From: an uncultured Verrucomicrobiota bacterium
GTDB lineage: Bacteria; Verrucomicrobiota; Verrucomicrobiia; Limisphaerales; UBA8199
DNA: 64,000 nucleotides
Reading direction: 5' to 3'
NCBI GenBank assembly: GCA_964446585.1
Contig: CAYUPI010000004.1
Coordinates: 124,177 to 188,176, forward strand
Shown here: piece by piece, positions 54,350 to 63,911 of the stretch
Numbering within the stretch: the first letter of the stretch is position 1
Layout: every line of letters starts with the position of its first letter
Translations under genes and position numbers: made by a program
The notes under the pieces: model-generated
The model's input: only the letters and a program-made list of their open reading frames with translations
Databases searched by the model: none
Told to the model about the DNA's origin: nothing

Positions 54350-55840
54350 CTACAATCCACCGCGGCCGATTTTGTTCGGCAACGATTGCGCGGTGCCGCT
54401 CATGGGCGAAATATTGGAGCCCATCGAGGAGCTGACAGGCGACATGCCTTGAATGATCAAGGAGAGTTCGGTGAGGACGATTTCGCGTTGCGCTGCGGCC
54501 TCGACCTTATCCAGTTGGAAGCCAAGGAGGGTGCGCTCAGCATCGCTGAGGTTGAAAAAGTCGATTTGACCAGCCAGGTAGCCGGAGCGGGCAACTTCGA
54601 GTGACTGGCGGGCTTTAGGCAGGAGTTGATCGTTCAGAAGAGTCAGGCTCCGGCTTGTCTCCCGATATCGATAGGATTTTTCGGCGAAGTCCACCGCCAG
54701 GGCGATCTGCTCGGCAGAGAGACGCGCCTCGGCCGAGCTTTTGGTGGCCTGCGCCTCGGCGATTTGGGCAGCAATTTTGTCTCGCCAGATGGGGAGCGAA
54801 AGAGTACCCGGGTTACCAGGGAATCGGTACAGCGTAGGGTTCATTTTCACATCAGCCATGAGCCCGAGGCTGAAGTCGGGAAAGCGACCCTTTTGGGCGA
54901 GGACAATGGAGGCTTCAGCGGCGCGGATTTCGGCTTCTATGGCTTTGAGTCGCTGATTCGCTGCGAGGGCGGTCGCGAATACATTTTCCGAAGTCAGATC
55001 GAGGGGTGTGGCGGCAACATGCTGCGGGAGGGGCGGCGCGGGCGCGTCAGCTTTCATTCCCAGGGCGGCCTTGAACTGAGCCATTAGCGAACTGTGCGAG
55101 TCCTTGAGGTTGGCGAGCTCCGTACGGAGCCGGTCCTGCTCGATTTGGGCGCGGAGGACGTCCTGAAGGGTGACTTTACCGACCTCGTTCTGGGAGTGGG
55201 CGAGTTTTTCCAACTCGTTCAGGAGTTGAAGAGTCTCCTGATTGACGCGGATTTTTTCCTCGAGGAAGTAAAGCTGGTAATAGGCGCGCTTGAGCTCGAA
55301 AGCGCTATTGAGGACGGCGGACTGGAAAGCGAAATATTTGGCCCGGCTTGCGGCGGAGGCGACCTCTGCACCGACTCGGAGCTTATCAGGCCACGGGATG
55401 GTTGCCATGAGGCCGGGCATGACGGAGGTGACGATGTTCTGAACATCCATCTGGAACGTAAACTGAGGGTCCGGGAAGGACCGGGCCTGCGTGATGCGCT
55501 CGACGGAAGCGAGCCAGTCGAAGTAGGCCGCCTCGATCTTCGGCTGATTCAGAAAGGCGTAGGTGAGATAGTTGCTAAGGCTGGAATCTGGTAAAAGCTC
55601 CGGCAGGGGGGGCTTGCGACCCTGCGGGCGATAACTGGCCGCCACTTCTCGCGTCTGTTGGCGGGCCTCTTGCTCGCCCTTGGTGGGGATGCCCTGGCAG
55701 CCGGAGAGAACGAGGGCGGCTGCAGCGAGGGCGAATGGAATTACCGTGAGCTCGCGGTGAAATCGTTCCTGCACGGAGTTCAGCGCGGGCCGCGACTGGT
55801 GTGCGGTGAGCGGGAGCGGGCAAATGGGATGGCGCGGCAT
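54350..55840 (-). CDS. TolC-family outer-membrane efflux lipoprotein (CusC-like)
   Basis: Lipobox LSGC; ARSFPDP, VTLQDVLRAQ, LPIWRDK, AGQIDFFNL; first gene of the cus-like operon. Confidence 0.85.
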   Translation of the reverse strand: MPRHPICPLPLTAHQSRPALNSVQERFHRELTVIPFALAAAALVLSGCQGIPTKGEQEARQQTREVAASYRPQGRKPPLPELLPDSSLSNYLTYAFLNQPKIEAAYFDWLASVERITQARSFPDPQFTFQMDVQNIVTSVMPGLMATIPWPDKLRVGAEVASAASRAKYFAFQSAVLNSAFELKRAYYQLYFLEEKIRVNQETLQLLNELEKLAHSQNEVGKVTLQDVLRAQIEQDRLRTELANLKDSHSSLMAQFKAALGMKADAPAPPLPQHVAATPLDLTSENVFATALAANQRLKAIEAEIRAAEASIVLAQKGRFPDFSLGLMADVKMNPTLYRFPGNPGTLSLPIWRDKIAAQIAEAQATKSSAEARLSAEQIALAVDFAEKSYRYRETSRSLTLLNDQLLPKARQSLEVARSGYLAGQIDFFNLSDAERTLLGFQLDKVEAAAQREIVLTELSLIIQGMSPVSSSMGSNISPMSGTAQSLPNKIGRGGL

Positions 55841-56251
55841 GGAATTCCGTTTTGTTTAACGTATCTTCGTTGCAGTCCTGTAATCGGGCGAGCGCCTACG
55901 CAGCCGTGAGTTGGCCACATTTCATCCCCGCGCCGCGCAACCCGTGCCTCATGCTACTGCTTACGCTGCGGAAGACAAAATCCCTCAGAAAATTTCTGGG
56001 GACGCCTGGCACCGGCAGACTGGATTCTTAATCACAGCCATTCCTGGAAAGATTTGTTTGGGGGATTTTGGAAGAATTGGCGTATTATCTTTGAAAGGGA
56101 TAAAATTGGCGACTGAGCTGCCAAGAATGATCAAACATGAGATTTCAACGAACGGTCGAGGCGGAGGGCCGCAACCCTGGAAGCGCCCTCACAAACCAGT
56201 ACAAAGTCACGGTCGTCTCTGATGTGATAGTTTCGTAGTGGCGGTCACAAT

Positions 56252-56599
56252 ATGAACGGGAAGCGAACACCTGATGATGAGAGCGCCTTGCGGCAGGTTT
56301 TGGGCGAATGGGCTGTGGCAGCGCCGCTACCGCCGCGCTTCCGGGAACAGGTGTGGCAGCGGATAGCGCGAGCGGAGAAGCAGGCGGAAGGACTTCTATG
56401 GACCAGTCTATTGGATCTGGTCGAGGTCGTATTGCGGCGGCCTAAAGTGGCCTTGTCGTATGTCAGTGTGCTCCTGGCCTTAGGGGTGGTCGTGGGCGCC
56501 TGGGCGGCACAGGCCAAAAGCAAACATCTGGACGCAGACCTGAGCTCGCGCTACGTCCAGTCGATAGCGCCGTATCGAGCCGACAACGTTGCGCCATGA
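56252..56599 (+). CDS. Membrane-anchored anti-sigma-factor-like protein (CnrY position)
   Basis: Short cytoplasmic N-terminus (LRQVL.EW....PLPPRF..QVWQRI), one TM helix, short periplasmic tail; overlaps the next gene. Confidence 0.65.
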   Translation: MNGKRTPDDESALRQVLGEWAVAAPLPPRFREQVWQRIARAEKQAEGLLWTSLLDLVEVVLRRPKVALSYVSVLLALGVVVGAWAAQAKSKHLDADLSSRYVQSIAPYRADNVAP

Positions 56600-57099
56600 A
56601 GCGGGGTGGAATCATTCTGCTTCTCGGGTTGCTCTTAGCGGTCGCAGCCGGAGCGGGCTTCTATTACGGAGGCACGGCCGCGTATCGGAGGATGATGCAC
56701 GAACCGCAACCGGAACTGGCGTGGCTTAAGAAGGAATTTCACTTAAGCGACGCCGAGTACGCACGAATCTCGGCTTTGCATGAAGCTTATCTACCCCAAT
56801 GCCGGGAGCGATGTCGCCGGATCGACGAACAGAATTCAAAATTGAAGGAGTTGCTCGGTCGGAGCACGAATGTAACGGCTGAAGTGCGCGAGCTGCTGAC
56901 CGAACGGGCGAAGATGCGGGCCGATTGCGAGGCGGAAATGCTGAAGCACTTCCTGGAAGTAAGCCGCACCATGCCGCCCGAGCAAGGGCGCCGTTACCTG
57001 GCGTGGGTTGAGCAGCAAACGTCACTGCGGGGCGAGGGCATGGAGCAGCGGCACCACATGAACCACGGCGACGGAATGGCCGGCGATCCGCACAAGTAG
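56596..57099 (+). CDS. Periplasmic heavy-metal sensor-like helical protein (CnrX position)
   Basis: N-terminal anchor; EFHLSDAEYARI..LHEAY, MLKHFLEV..TMPPEQ..RY; His/Met-rich tail. Confidence 0.75.
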   Translation: MKRGGIILLLGLLLAVAAGAGFYYGGTAAYRRMMHEPQPELAWLKKEFHLSDAEYARISALHEAYLPQCRERCRRIDEQNSKLKELLGRSTNVTAEVRELLTERAKMRADCEAEMLKHFLEVSRTMPPEQGRRYLAWVEQQTSLRGEGMEQRHHMNHGDGMAGDPHK

Positions 57100-57106
57100 C
57101 CAGGCC

Positions 57107-57697
57107 ATGAGCGGAACAAACTGCGAAGAACTGGATGCGGAAGACATGAGTCGGCTGAAGGCCGGGCACGGAGCGGCGTTGAACGCGCTGATGGATCGCC
57201 ATGCCGAGCGCCTCTTCAATTACTTGCTGCGCCAACTCGGCAATGAAGCGGATGCCGCCGACCTCGCCCAGGAGGCATTCGTCAGAGTTTATCAGAATTG
57301 TGCGCGTTTCGATCCGGAGCGGAAGTTCTCGACTTGGTTGTTTACCATCGCAACAAACCTAGTTCGTGACCGGTTTCGATGGCGCATGCGGCACAGGGAG
57401 GTTTCGATAGATGCAGCAGACGACGAGGGCGCAGCACTCCAAGACTCGCTGCCGGACACCACCGGCTCTCCCGAGGAGCAGATCGAGGCTCGGGAACGCG
57501 CGTCGGAAGTTCGCCGAGCTGTGGAATCGCTACCGGAGGAACTGCGGACGCCGTTGATTCTTTCCGAATACGAGGGGATGACGCATGCCGAGATCGGTAC
57601 AGTGCTGGGGTGCTCGGCAAAGGCAATTGAGTCCCGACTCAGTCGCGCCCGAGGGCGTCTGCGAAAACGACTGGAGGGGTTGCTCCAGCCCGGTTAG
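57107..57697 (+). CDS. ECF RNA polymerase sigma factor (CnrH position)
   Basis: DLAQEAFVRVY, FSTWLFTIATNL..DR.R, LP..LRTPLIL..YEGMTHAEI..VLGCS..AIESRLSRAR. Confidence 0.92.
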   Translation: MSGTNCEELDAEDMSRLKAGHGAALNALMDRHAERLFNYLLRQLGNEADAADLAQEAFVRVYQNCARFDPERKFSTWLFTIATNLVRDRFRWRMRHREVSIDAADDEGAALQDSLPDTTGSPEEQIEARERASEVRRAVESLPEELRTPLILSEYEGMTHAEIGTVLGCSAKAIESRLSRARGRLRKRLEGLLQPG

Positions 57698-57705
57698 AAG
57701 TGCGC

Positions 57706-57724
57706 GGGAGGCAGGTGGCCTCCC
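57706..57724. terminator. Possible hairpin between convergent genes
   Basis: gggaggc-aggtg-gcctccc; no clear U-tract. Confidence 0.3.
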
Positions 57725-57739
57725 GACTCCAAAAGAGTT

Positions 57740-58036
57740 CTAACTCTTCTTTTTCGCCTCAGCTTCGGCCTTTTCGATCTTCTTGACGTATTTGGCCGGG
57801 TCTTTCTTGAAATCTTTCACGCAGTCTTTGCAGCAAAACTGGATCTCTCGGCCCTCATGGACATACACAAACGGTTTCCCCATTTCACCGAGTTTTTCAC
57901 CTGAGACCACGCAAGTCTTCAGGGTATAAGGCTTTGGCTTGGTGTCCGTCTTCTGGTCGGCGGCCAGCCCAACCATGGGGGCGGTTAATGTGGAAACTGC
58001 CAGAATGGCAGCAGTAAGATTCTTGAGTTTTTTCAT
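57740..58036 (-). CDS. Exported YHS/TRASH-like small metal-binding protein
   Basis: Signal peptide; CVVSGEKL and YVHEGREIQFCCKDCVKDFKKDPAKY. Confidence 0.8.
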   Translation of the reverse strand: MKKLKNLTAAILAVSTLTAPMVGLAADQKTDTKPKPYTLKTCVVSGEKLGEMGKPFVYVHEGREIQFCCKDCVKDFKKDPAKYVKKIEKAEAEAKKKS

Positions 58037-58621
58037 AATTTTGTTCGAGGTCGCATCTATTATACGCCGGATGCCGGCATTCCCTTCAATCTTTTTTTGG
58101 GCAGAAGTAGGGCGTCTGCTCGATGGTTCTGTGCAATTTCTGCGCAATTCATTACAGAAGTTTAATCCGCTAAATTGCCTTTGTATGAAACTAAATCATG
58201 TCGGTCGGTGTCTCTCTAGCTGGATATGAAAATGAAATCGAATCGCACCCGATTGATTGTAGAATTCAAGAAGTTTCAACGCCTGCCCGATTTGCCGATC
58301 GGCAAGGTAGCCGACACCAACCGATCTTCAGCGAACTCCAAAGAGCACGGGGCCACATTGCCTACCGTCTGTCGTGAGGCTGTATTTCCCGCCCATGGCT
58401 TCGCGGAATGATCTTTAAAGGGGCTTCCGTCACGGGTGTAGGGTCGCTTAGTGTACTTTTCCTGCGCCGGCCTTTTTTTCTCTACCTGTTAAGTCCCTTC
58501 GCGTGATTGGAGGCGTGTTGGCGCCGTTCAGCGAGAATTTAATCGACTCCGATGGCCGACCCTTTCTCGCCACCCAATCCTGCAAACCAATAGTGCCAGG
58601 CGTGTTGGATAAATCTGCGGC

Positions 58622-59419
58622 TCAGGACCAATTCAGCACCGCTTGTCGCCCGGCGCGCCGGCTCCGAGCGATAACCGTGGTGATGTATTCTTTTGCGCGC
58701 CCGACGGCTCTGGGCAACCGCAGCCCACGCGCCAGAAAGGCTGTGATTGCTGCAGCATAGGTGCAGCCTGTGCCGTGAGTGAAGACGCCTCGAATAAACG
58801 GCGCGCTCAGTAGCAATTCCTGATTGCCGTCGTAAAATGTGTCCACCGCCACTTTGAGCCCGCGCAAATGCCCGCCCTTCACCAGCGCCGCACAGCCAAA
58901 GAGGCCGTGCAGTTCCCGCGCGGCAGAGCGCATCTCTTCGACTGAACGGATCTTCCTGCCGAGCAGGATCTCTGCCTCCCGCAAGTTAGGCGTAATCAGG
59001 CTGGCTTGCGGAAGCAGATCATCTATGAGGTGTCCTATAGCGGAAGGCTGCAAGAGCTGTGCGCCGCTGGTTGCAACCATCACTGGATCGACTACCAGCG
59101 GTGTGGGATTGCTTTGCCAATAGCGCGCGACCGCCCGGATAATTTCCACCGAATACAGCATCCCGGTTTTTGCGGCGCCAGGTCGAAATGTCTTCACCAC
59201 CGCTTCTAGTTGACGGGTGACCATGGTCGGTCGGCAGGCCTGGATGGCCAGCACCGCAGCTGGGTTTTGGGCCGTGATGCAAGTGATCGCCGTGATCCCG
59301 TGGACGCCAAGCGCAGAGAATGTCTTTAGATCGGCTTGAATCCCTGCTCCCCCTCCACTATCCGAGCCGGCGATGGTGAGGGCGACGGGGAGCCTCTTGC
59401 GGTTCAGCATTGGGGACAT
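58622..59419 (-). CDS. thiD: Hydroxymethylpyrimidine/phosphomethylpyrimidine kinase
   Basis: LTIAGSDSGGGAGIQADLKTF, KTGML, VVDPVMVATSG, ITPNL.EA, VKGGH, THGTGCT. Confidence 0.95.
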   Translation of the reverse strand: MSPMLNRKRLPVALTIAGSDSGGGAGIQADLKTFSALGVHGITAITCITAQNPAAVLAIQACRPTMVTRQLEAVVKTFRPGAAKTGMLYSVEIIRAVARYWQSNPTPLVVDPVMVATSGAQLLQPSAIGHLIDDLLPQASLITPNLREAEILLGRKIRSVEEMRSAARELHGLFGCAALVKGGHLRGLKVAVDTFYDGNQELLLSAPFIRGVFTHGTGCTYAAAITAFLARGLRLPRAVGRAKEYITTVIARSRRAGRQAVLNWS

Positions 59420-59431
59420 TGTAGCAGGGAC

Positions 59432-59473
59432 CGTGAAACGTGAAACGTGAAACGTGATGCGTGATGCATGACG
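59432..59473. repeat. Heptamer array in the divergent thiD/polX gap
   Basis: CGTGAAA x3, CGTGATG x2, CATGACG. Confidence 0.88.
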
Positions 59474-59527
59474 TAATTGCGCTACTCGCCGCTCGACACT
59501 CCAGACCTGGCATATCATATTCGGCTC

Positions 59528-61291
59528 ATGGACAAGGAACAGGTTGCCGAGGTGTTGGTGAACATCGCCACGCTGCTGGAATTGAAGGGCGAAAATCCGT
59601 TCAAGACCCGCGCCTATCACAACGCCGCCCGGGCACTCGAAGCGATGAGCGAATCACTGGAGAAAGTGGTTGCCGACGAGCGACTGGGCGAAATCAAAGG
59701 CATCGGCGAGTCGATTCAGAAAAAAATTACCGAACTATTGGAAACAGGAAAACTGGCTTACTACGAAGAATTGAAAGCCGCCATGCCCCCCGGCCTGGTC
59801 CTGATGCTCGAAATCCCGGGCCTGGGCCCGAAAAAGATCAAAGCGCTCCATGATGAGCTGGGGATTGAAAGCGTCGAGCAGTTGGAAAAGGCGTGCAAGG
59901 ACGGCGAAGTGGCAAAACTGGCGGGTTTCGGGGAAAAAACGCAGACCAACATACTCGAAGGAATTAACCGGCGCCGTTCCTACGCATCGCGGCATTTGAT
60001 CAGCGAGGCGCTTCCGCTAGCGGATTCATTATTGGAAGCATTGCGGTCGCATCGCGACGTCATTCGCTGCAGCGCGGCCGGAAGCTTGCGGCGGCATCGC
60101 GAAGTCATCGGCGACGTTGACTTGCTCGCTTCGTCCAAAAAGCCGGCCGCAGTACTGGATTTTTTCTCTGAGCAACCGGGAATTCTGAGTGTGATTGCCA
60201 AAGGGGAGACGAAGGCCAGTGTCTTGTTAAAGGGCGGCATCCAATCCGACCTGCGCGTCGTGAGCGACGCGGAATTTCCTTACGCCCTGATGTATTTCAC
60301 GGGCAATAAAGAGCATAACATCGTCATGCGTCAGCGGGCCATCGACCGGGGCTTGCGCTTAAATGAGTACGGCCTGTTCCGATCGAAGGTCGAAACGCGA
60401 GATCCCAAGCTGCTGGTTCACTGCAAGACCGAGGAGGAAATTTTTGAGAATCTCGGTCTGCACTATGTCCCACCGGAGATGCGCGAGGATACGGGCGAAA
60501 TCAAGCTGGCCGAAGACGGGCCGCTGTCGCGCCTGGTCGAGTGGACTGACCTGAAGGGCTCGTTGCATAATCATTCGACCTGGAGCGACGGTCACCAGCG
60601 GCCGGAAGAGATCGCCGCGGCGATGCGCGAGCTCGGCCTAGCTTATTGGGGGGTCACGGACCACTCAAAGGCATCTTTCCAGGCCAACGGCCTGGATGAG
60701 ACCCGCCTGCGCAAGCAGCTTGCCGAAATCAATCGAATCAACCAGCAACTCGCCGAGCAGGGAACCGATTTCCGCCTGCTCACCGGAGCGGAAGTGGACA
60801 TTTTGAAGGACGGCAGACTCGACTTCTCTGATGAGATGTTGGGCGAGCTGGATGTGGTCATCGCGAGCATTCATCAAAGCTTCAGCCAGACGGAAGCGGA
60901 AACGACCCGACGACTCATTGGCGCCGCGCAGAATCCCTATGTGCATATCCTGGGGCACCTGACCGGGCGGCTATTGCTAGAGCGCGAGCCCTATAAGGTG
61001 GATCAGCACGCCGTCATCGATGCCTGCGCCGAGACCGGCACCTGGATCGAGCTCAACGCTAATCCACACCGGTTCGACTTGGACTGGCGACTGTGGCCGT
61101 ATGCGAAATCTAAAGGTGTGAAATGCGTGATTAACTGTGACGCGCATCGGCTCGAGCACGCCGCTTTTCTGCGGCTCGGAGCCGGGATTGCCAGGAAAGG
61201 GTGGCTAACAAAGGGAGATGTGGTGAACACACTACCGTTGGCGGCATTACGGCGTGAACTCGGCAAGAAACGGGCAAAAGTGGTCAAATGA
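59528..61291 (+). CDS. polX: DNA polymerase X with PHP domain
   Basis: GENPFKTRAY, IPGLGPKK, AGSLRR..EVIGDVDLL, QSDLRVV, YFTGNKEHN, LHNHSTWSDG, VTDHS, INCDAH. Confidence 0.93.
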   Translation: MDKEQVAEVLVNIATLLELKGENPFKTRAYHNAARALEAMSESLEKVVADERLGEIKGIGESIQKKITELLETGKLAYYEELKAAMPPGLVLMLEIPGLGPKKIKALHDELGIESVEQLEKACKDGEVAKLAGFGEKTQTNILEGINRRRSYASRHLISEALPLADSLLEALRSHRDVIRCSAAGSLRRHREVIGDVDLLASSKKPAAVLDFFSEQPGILSVIAKGETKASVLLKGGIQSDLRVVSDAEFPYALMYFTGNKEHNIVMRQRAIDRGLRLNEYGLFRSKVETRDPKLLVHCKTEEEIFENLGLHYVPPEMREDTGEIKLAEDGPLSRLVEWTDLKGSLHNHSTWSDGHQRPEEIAAAMRELGLAYWGVTDHSKASFQANGLDETRLRKQLAEINRINQQLAEQGTDFRLLTGAEVDILKDGRLDFSDEMLGELDVVIASIHQSFSQTEAETTRRLIGAAQNPYVHILGHLTGRLLLEREPYKVDQHAVIDACAETGTWIELNANPHRFDLDWRLWPYAKSKGVKCVINCDAHRLEHAAFLRLGAGIARKGWLTKGDVVNTLPLAALRRELGKKRAKVVK

Positions 61292-61878
61292 AACGGCCGC
61301 TGGGAACGAAGGACAATGTTATGAAACGGAAACCATCGCGCCTCAGGCGGGCCAAAACGGCCTTGCTGGTAATCGATATTCAGGATCGGCTGCTGCCGGC
61401 GATCTTCGAGAAGGAGCGGCTGGTTCGAAACAGCGTGCTGTTGATCAAAGGGGCGACTATTCTCGGGCTGCCGATTTTCGTTACCGAACAATATCGCAGA
61501 GGGTTGGGATTGACGACTCTGGAGATTGCGTCAGCAATCGCTGGATTTGCGCCGATCGAAAAGGTCACTTTCAGTTCATGTGGCGCCCCCGGCCTGGTGA
61601 CCACGCTGAAGCAGAGGGGCTTGATCGACGTTCTATTATGTGGAATGGAGGCGCATGTCTGCGTTCTTCAGACGTGTCTGGACCTGGTTGGCGATGGCTT
61701 CAACGTCTTCGTAGTGGCGGATGCTGTGTCTGCGCGCAACCCCGAAAACTCGCGACTGGCAATAGACCGGATGCGCAGCGCGGGGGCGTTGATTGTTTCG
61801 ACCGAGATGGTGTTCTTTGAGCTGCTCGAGCGCGCCGCGACCGACGAGTTCAAGCAGATTCTGGCTCTGGTGAGATGA
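61288..61878 (+). CDS. Isochorismatase-family hydrolase
   Basis: LLVIDIQDRL, VTEQY..GLG.T, KVTFSSC, GMEAHVCVLQT, FELLERA. Confidence 0.9.
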   Translation: MKRPLGTKDNVMKRKPSRLRRAKTALLVIDIQDRLLPAIFEKERLVRNSVLLIKGATILGLPIFVTEQYRRGLGLTTLEIASAIAGFAPIEKVTFSSCGAPGLVTTLKQRGLIDVLLCGMEAHVCVLQTCLDLVGDGFNVFVVADAVSARNPENSRLAIDRMRSAGALIVSTEMVFFELLERAATDEFKQILALVR

Positions 61879-61885
61879 GAACGTG

Positions 61886-61976
61886 CTGTAGGAGCCGACG
61901 TAAGGAGGCTCTGACCGAAAAATCGAAAATCCCAAACCCAGAATTGATCAGAGCTTCCTTACGTCGGCTCCTACAG
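61886..61976. repeat. GTAG-type REP inverted pair (REPIN-like)
   Basis: ctgtaggagccgacgtaaggaggctctga (61886-61914) vs reverse complement of 61948-61976: 28/29 identity. Confidence 0.9.
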
Positions 61977-61979
61977 ATA

Positions 61980-62618
61980 TTAATCCAGCTTCTTTACCCG
62001 GATGTTCTTGTAACGCACGACGCTCTTGGGGTCATGCGCCTGCAGCGCGAAAGTGCCCGACGCGAGCTTGCGCGTGTAGTTGTGGCCGGGCTGAGCGCCG
62101 TCCGGTTCCGTATATTCCAGCACGGTCTGGCCGTCCACCTTCACAGTAATCTTTTTGCCTTTGACGATGACTTCCTCGGTCCACCATTTGTCATCCTGCG
62201 CCGGAGACTTGGCAATATTGACAACGTCGTAGAGGCTGCCGGTCTTTTTCCAATCGCTGTGTGTATTATCAACCTGGCATTCAAAACCGTATTTCGGGAA
62301 GCCTCTTTCCTGATACTGCGAATGGAAATAAATGCCGCCATTGGCGCCATGGTCGGTCATGACGTCCACTTTGAGGTCGAAGTTCGTAAAGGGAGCGAGG
62401 TCGCCAACGTAGTACAAGTGAGCGGTCTCTCCGCGCGTCACGAAGGCGCCATCCTCAATTTTCCAGGTATTGGTGTGATCGATGGAGCTCTTCCAGCCAT
62501 TGAACGTGGTTCCGTCACAGAGCAGGGTGAACCCGGGTTCGACCTCAGCCGCCGTAAGCCCGGGAACGGCGATCAAGAGCGCGCTGACCGCAAAGCCAGA
62601 CAGTAGGTTTCTTTTCAT
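61980..62618 (-). CDS. Exported DUF1080 (3-keto-disaccharide hydrolase-like) protein
   Basis: Signal peptide; LCDGTTFNGW, NFDLKVD, NGGIYF, ECQV, TGSLY, GTFALQAHD..S.VRYKNIRVK. Confidence 0.88.
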   Translation of the reverse strand: MKRNLLSGFAVSALLIAVPGLTAAEVEPGFTLLCDGTTFNGWKSSIDHTNTWKIEDGAFVTRGETAHLYYVGDLAPFTNFDLKVDVMTDHGANGGIYFHSQYQERGFPKYGFECQVDNTHSDWKKTGSLYDVVNIAKSPAQDDKWWTEEVIVKGKKITVKVDGQTVLEYTEPDGAQPGHNYTRKLASGTFALQAHDPKSVVRYKNIRVKKLD

Positions 62619-62691
62619 GCGCCGGACACTAAACGAGCGAGTTGTGTGCGCAAGGAAAAAGGTACTCGGATGAGTTGGCGAACGTTGCCGC

Positions 62692-63849
62692 TTACAACGC
62701 AGGCTCCAGCGCCGCGGCTAGTTCTTCCGGCGTCAGCGAAATCGGGTTCGCTTTCGTGCTGGTGGCCTTGCCCGCCTTCTCCACTAGTTCTGCGGTGTGA
62801 ACTCGCGTGACACCGTAGGCTCGCAGCCGAGGAATCTTCAAGTCCGCCACAAGCGCGTGGACCCACTCGACGCCGTCATCAGCAGTCGCCGACTCGCGGC
62901 CGGTTAACAAACGCGCGACTTCTTCAAAACGGTTCAGCGGCTGGCTGGTGCCGCCGCGCCGCCGCAGGGCCGCCACGTTTACCGCCATAACATGTGGTAG
63001 AAGGGCTGCGCAGACGGCTCCATGCGGCGCGGGAAACATCCCGCCGATCGGTCCGGCAAATCCGTGCACTGCCCCCAGTCCGGCATTTGCGAGGGCGAGT
63101 CCACCGAACAAACTGGCGGCGGCCATGTCCTCGCGGGCTGCGGGGGCTTTGCGGCCTTGCTCGAAAGCGACTTTGAGCGAGCGAGCAACGCGCCGAAGTC
63201 CTGCCACACAGACGGCATCCGTCATCGGGTTTGCCCGCGAGCTGACATAAGGCTCGATCAGTTGTGTGAGCGCGTCCAATCCGGTGCTGGCTGTAATGGA
63301 CGACGGCAGGTCATAAGTCAGCTCCGGGTCAACCACGGCCAACCGGGGAAGCATGAAGGCGCTGCGCAGGCTGACCTTGACCCGATGGATCGGCGAGGCC
63401 AGCACGGCATTACGGGTGACCTCGGTGCCCGTGCCGGCGGTGGTAGGAAGGGCGATGTACGGCGCAGCAGGACGGCTCAAGGTTTTGGCCTGGCCAACCA
63501 CCTCGAGATAGTTCAGCAAATCCCCCTCATTCGTCAGCATGGCAGAAATGGCTTTGCCGCCGTCCAGCGCACTGCCTCCGCCAAAGCCAATAACCAGATC
63601 GCAGCGTTCGTTGCTGGCGAGCGCGACGCCTTCTTGAACGGTCGAAATTTCGGGCTCACCGGCTACCGAAAAAGTGCTAGTTTCGATCCCTTGCACTCGC
63701 AGCTGCGCCAGCAGCGGCGCAGCTCGGCTAGGATTGCGGCCAGTCACAACCAGCGCGCGGCGGCCCATCTCTTTGGCGAGCGGGCCAACTTCGCGCACAG
63801 CCCCGGCGCCGAATATAATCCGAGTCGCGGTCGCAAATTCAAATCGCAT
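62692..63849 (-). CDS. Iron-containing alcohol dehydrogenase
   Basis: GGGSALDGGK, PTTAGTGTEVT, VVDPELT, GLDALTQLIE, NAGLGAVHG..G, HGAVCA. Confidence 0.92.
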   Translation of the reverse strand: MRFEFATATRIIFGAGAVREVGPLAKEMGRRALVVTGRNPSRAAPLLAQLRVQGIETSTFSVAGEPEISTVQEGVALASNERCDLVIGFGGGSALDGGKAISAMLTNEGDLLNYLEVVGQAKTLSRPAAPYIALPTTAGTGTEVTRNAVLASPIHRVKVSLRSAFMLPRLAVVDPELTYDLPSSITASTGLDALTQLIEPYVSSRANPMTDAVCVAGLRRVARSLKVAFEQGRKAPAAREDMAAASLFGGLALANAGLGAVHGFAGPIGGMFPAPHGAVCAALLPHVMAVNVAALRRRGGTSQPLNRFEEVARLLTGRESATADDGVEWVHALVADLKIPRLRAYGVTRVHTAELVEKAGKATSTKANPISLTPEELAAALEPAL

Positions 63850-63911
63850 CGTTCGGAGCCGACTGGCGATCACTGATAACCGATTGCAGTTCACCGCGAT
63901 TGCATCCCTCT

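Noticed and set aside
48131-58147. Mobile heavy-metal resistance island
   Set aside because: No integrase, transposase, tRNA site or boundary repeats were seen; it can only be called a metal-resistance locus.
56228-58193. Shared ECF promoter motif TAGTTTC(G/A)TA at 56228 (+) and 58184 (-)
   Set aside because: Upstream -35-like elements have inconsistent spacing, and no copy was found before the TolC-family gene.
58226-58411. Small ORF of 61 aa
   Set aside because: No motif, signal or clear ribosome-binding site; not supportable.
59528-61878. polX plus isochorismatase as a defence or repair system
   Set aside because: Both look like ordinary family members with intact motifs; the 4-bp overlap alone is weak evidence.
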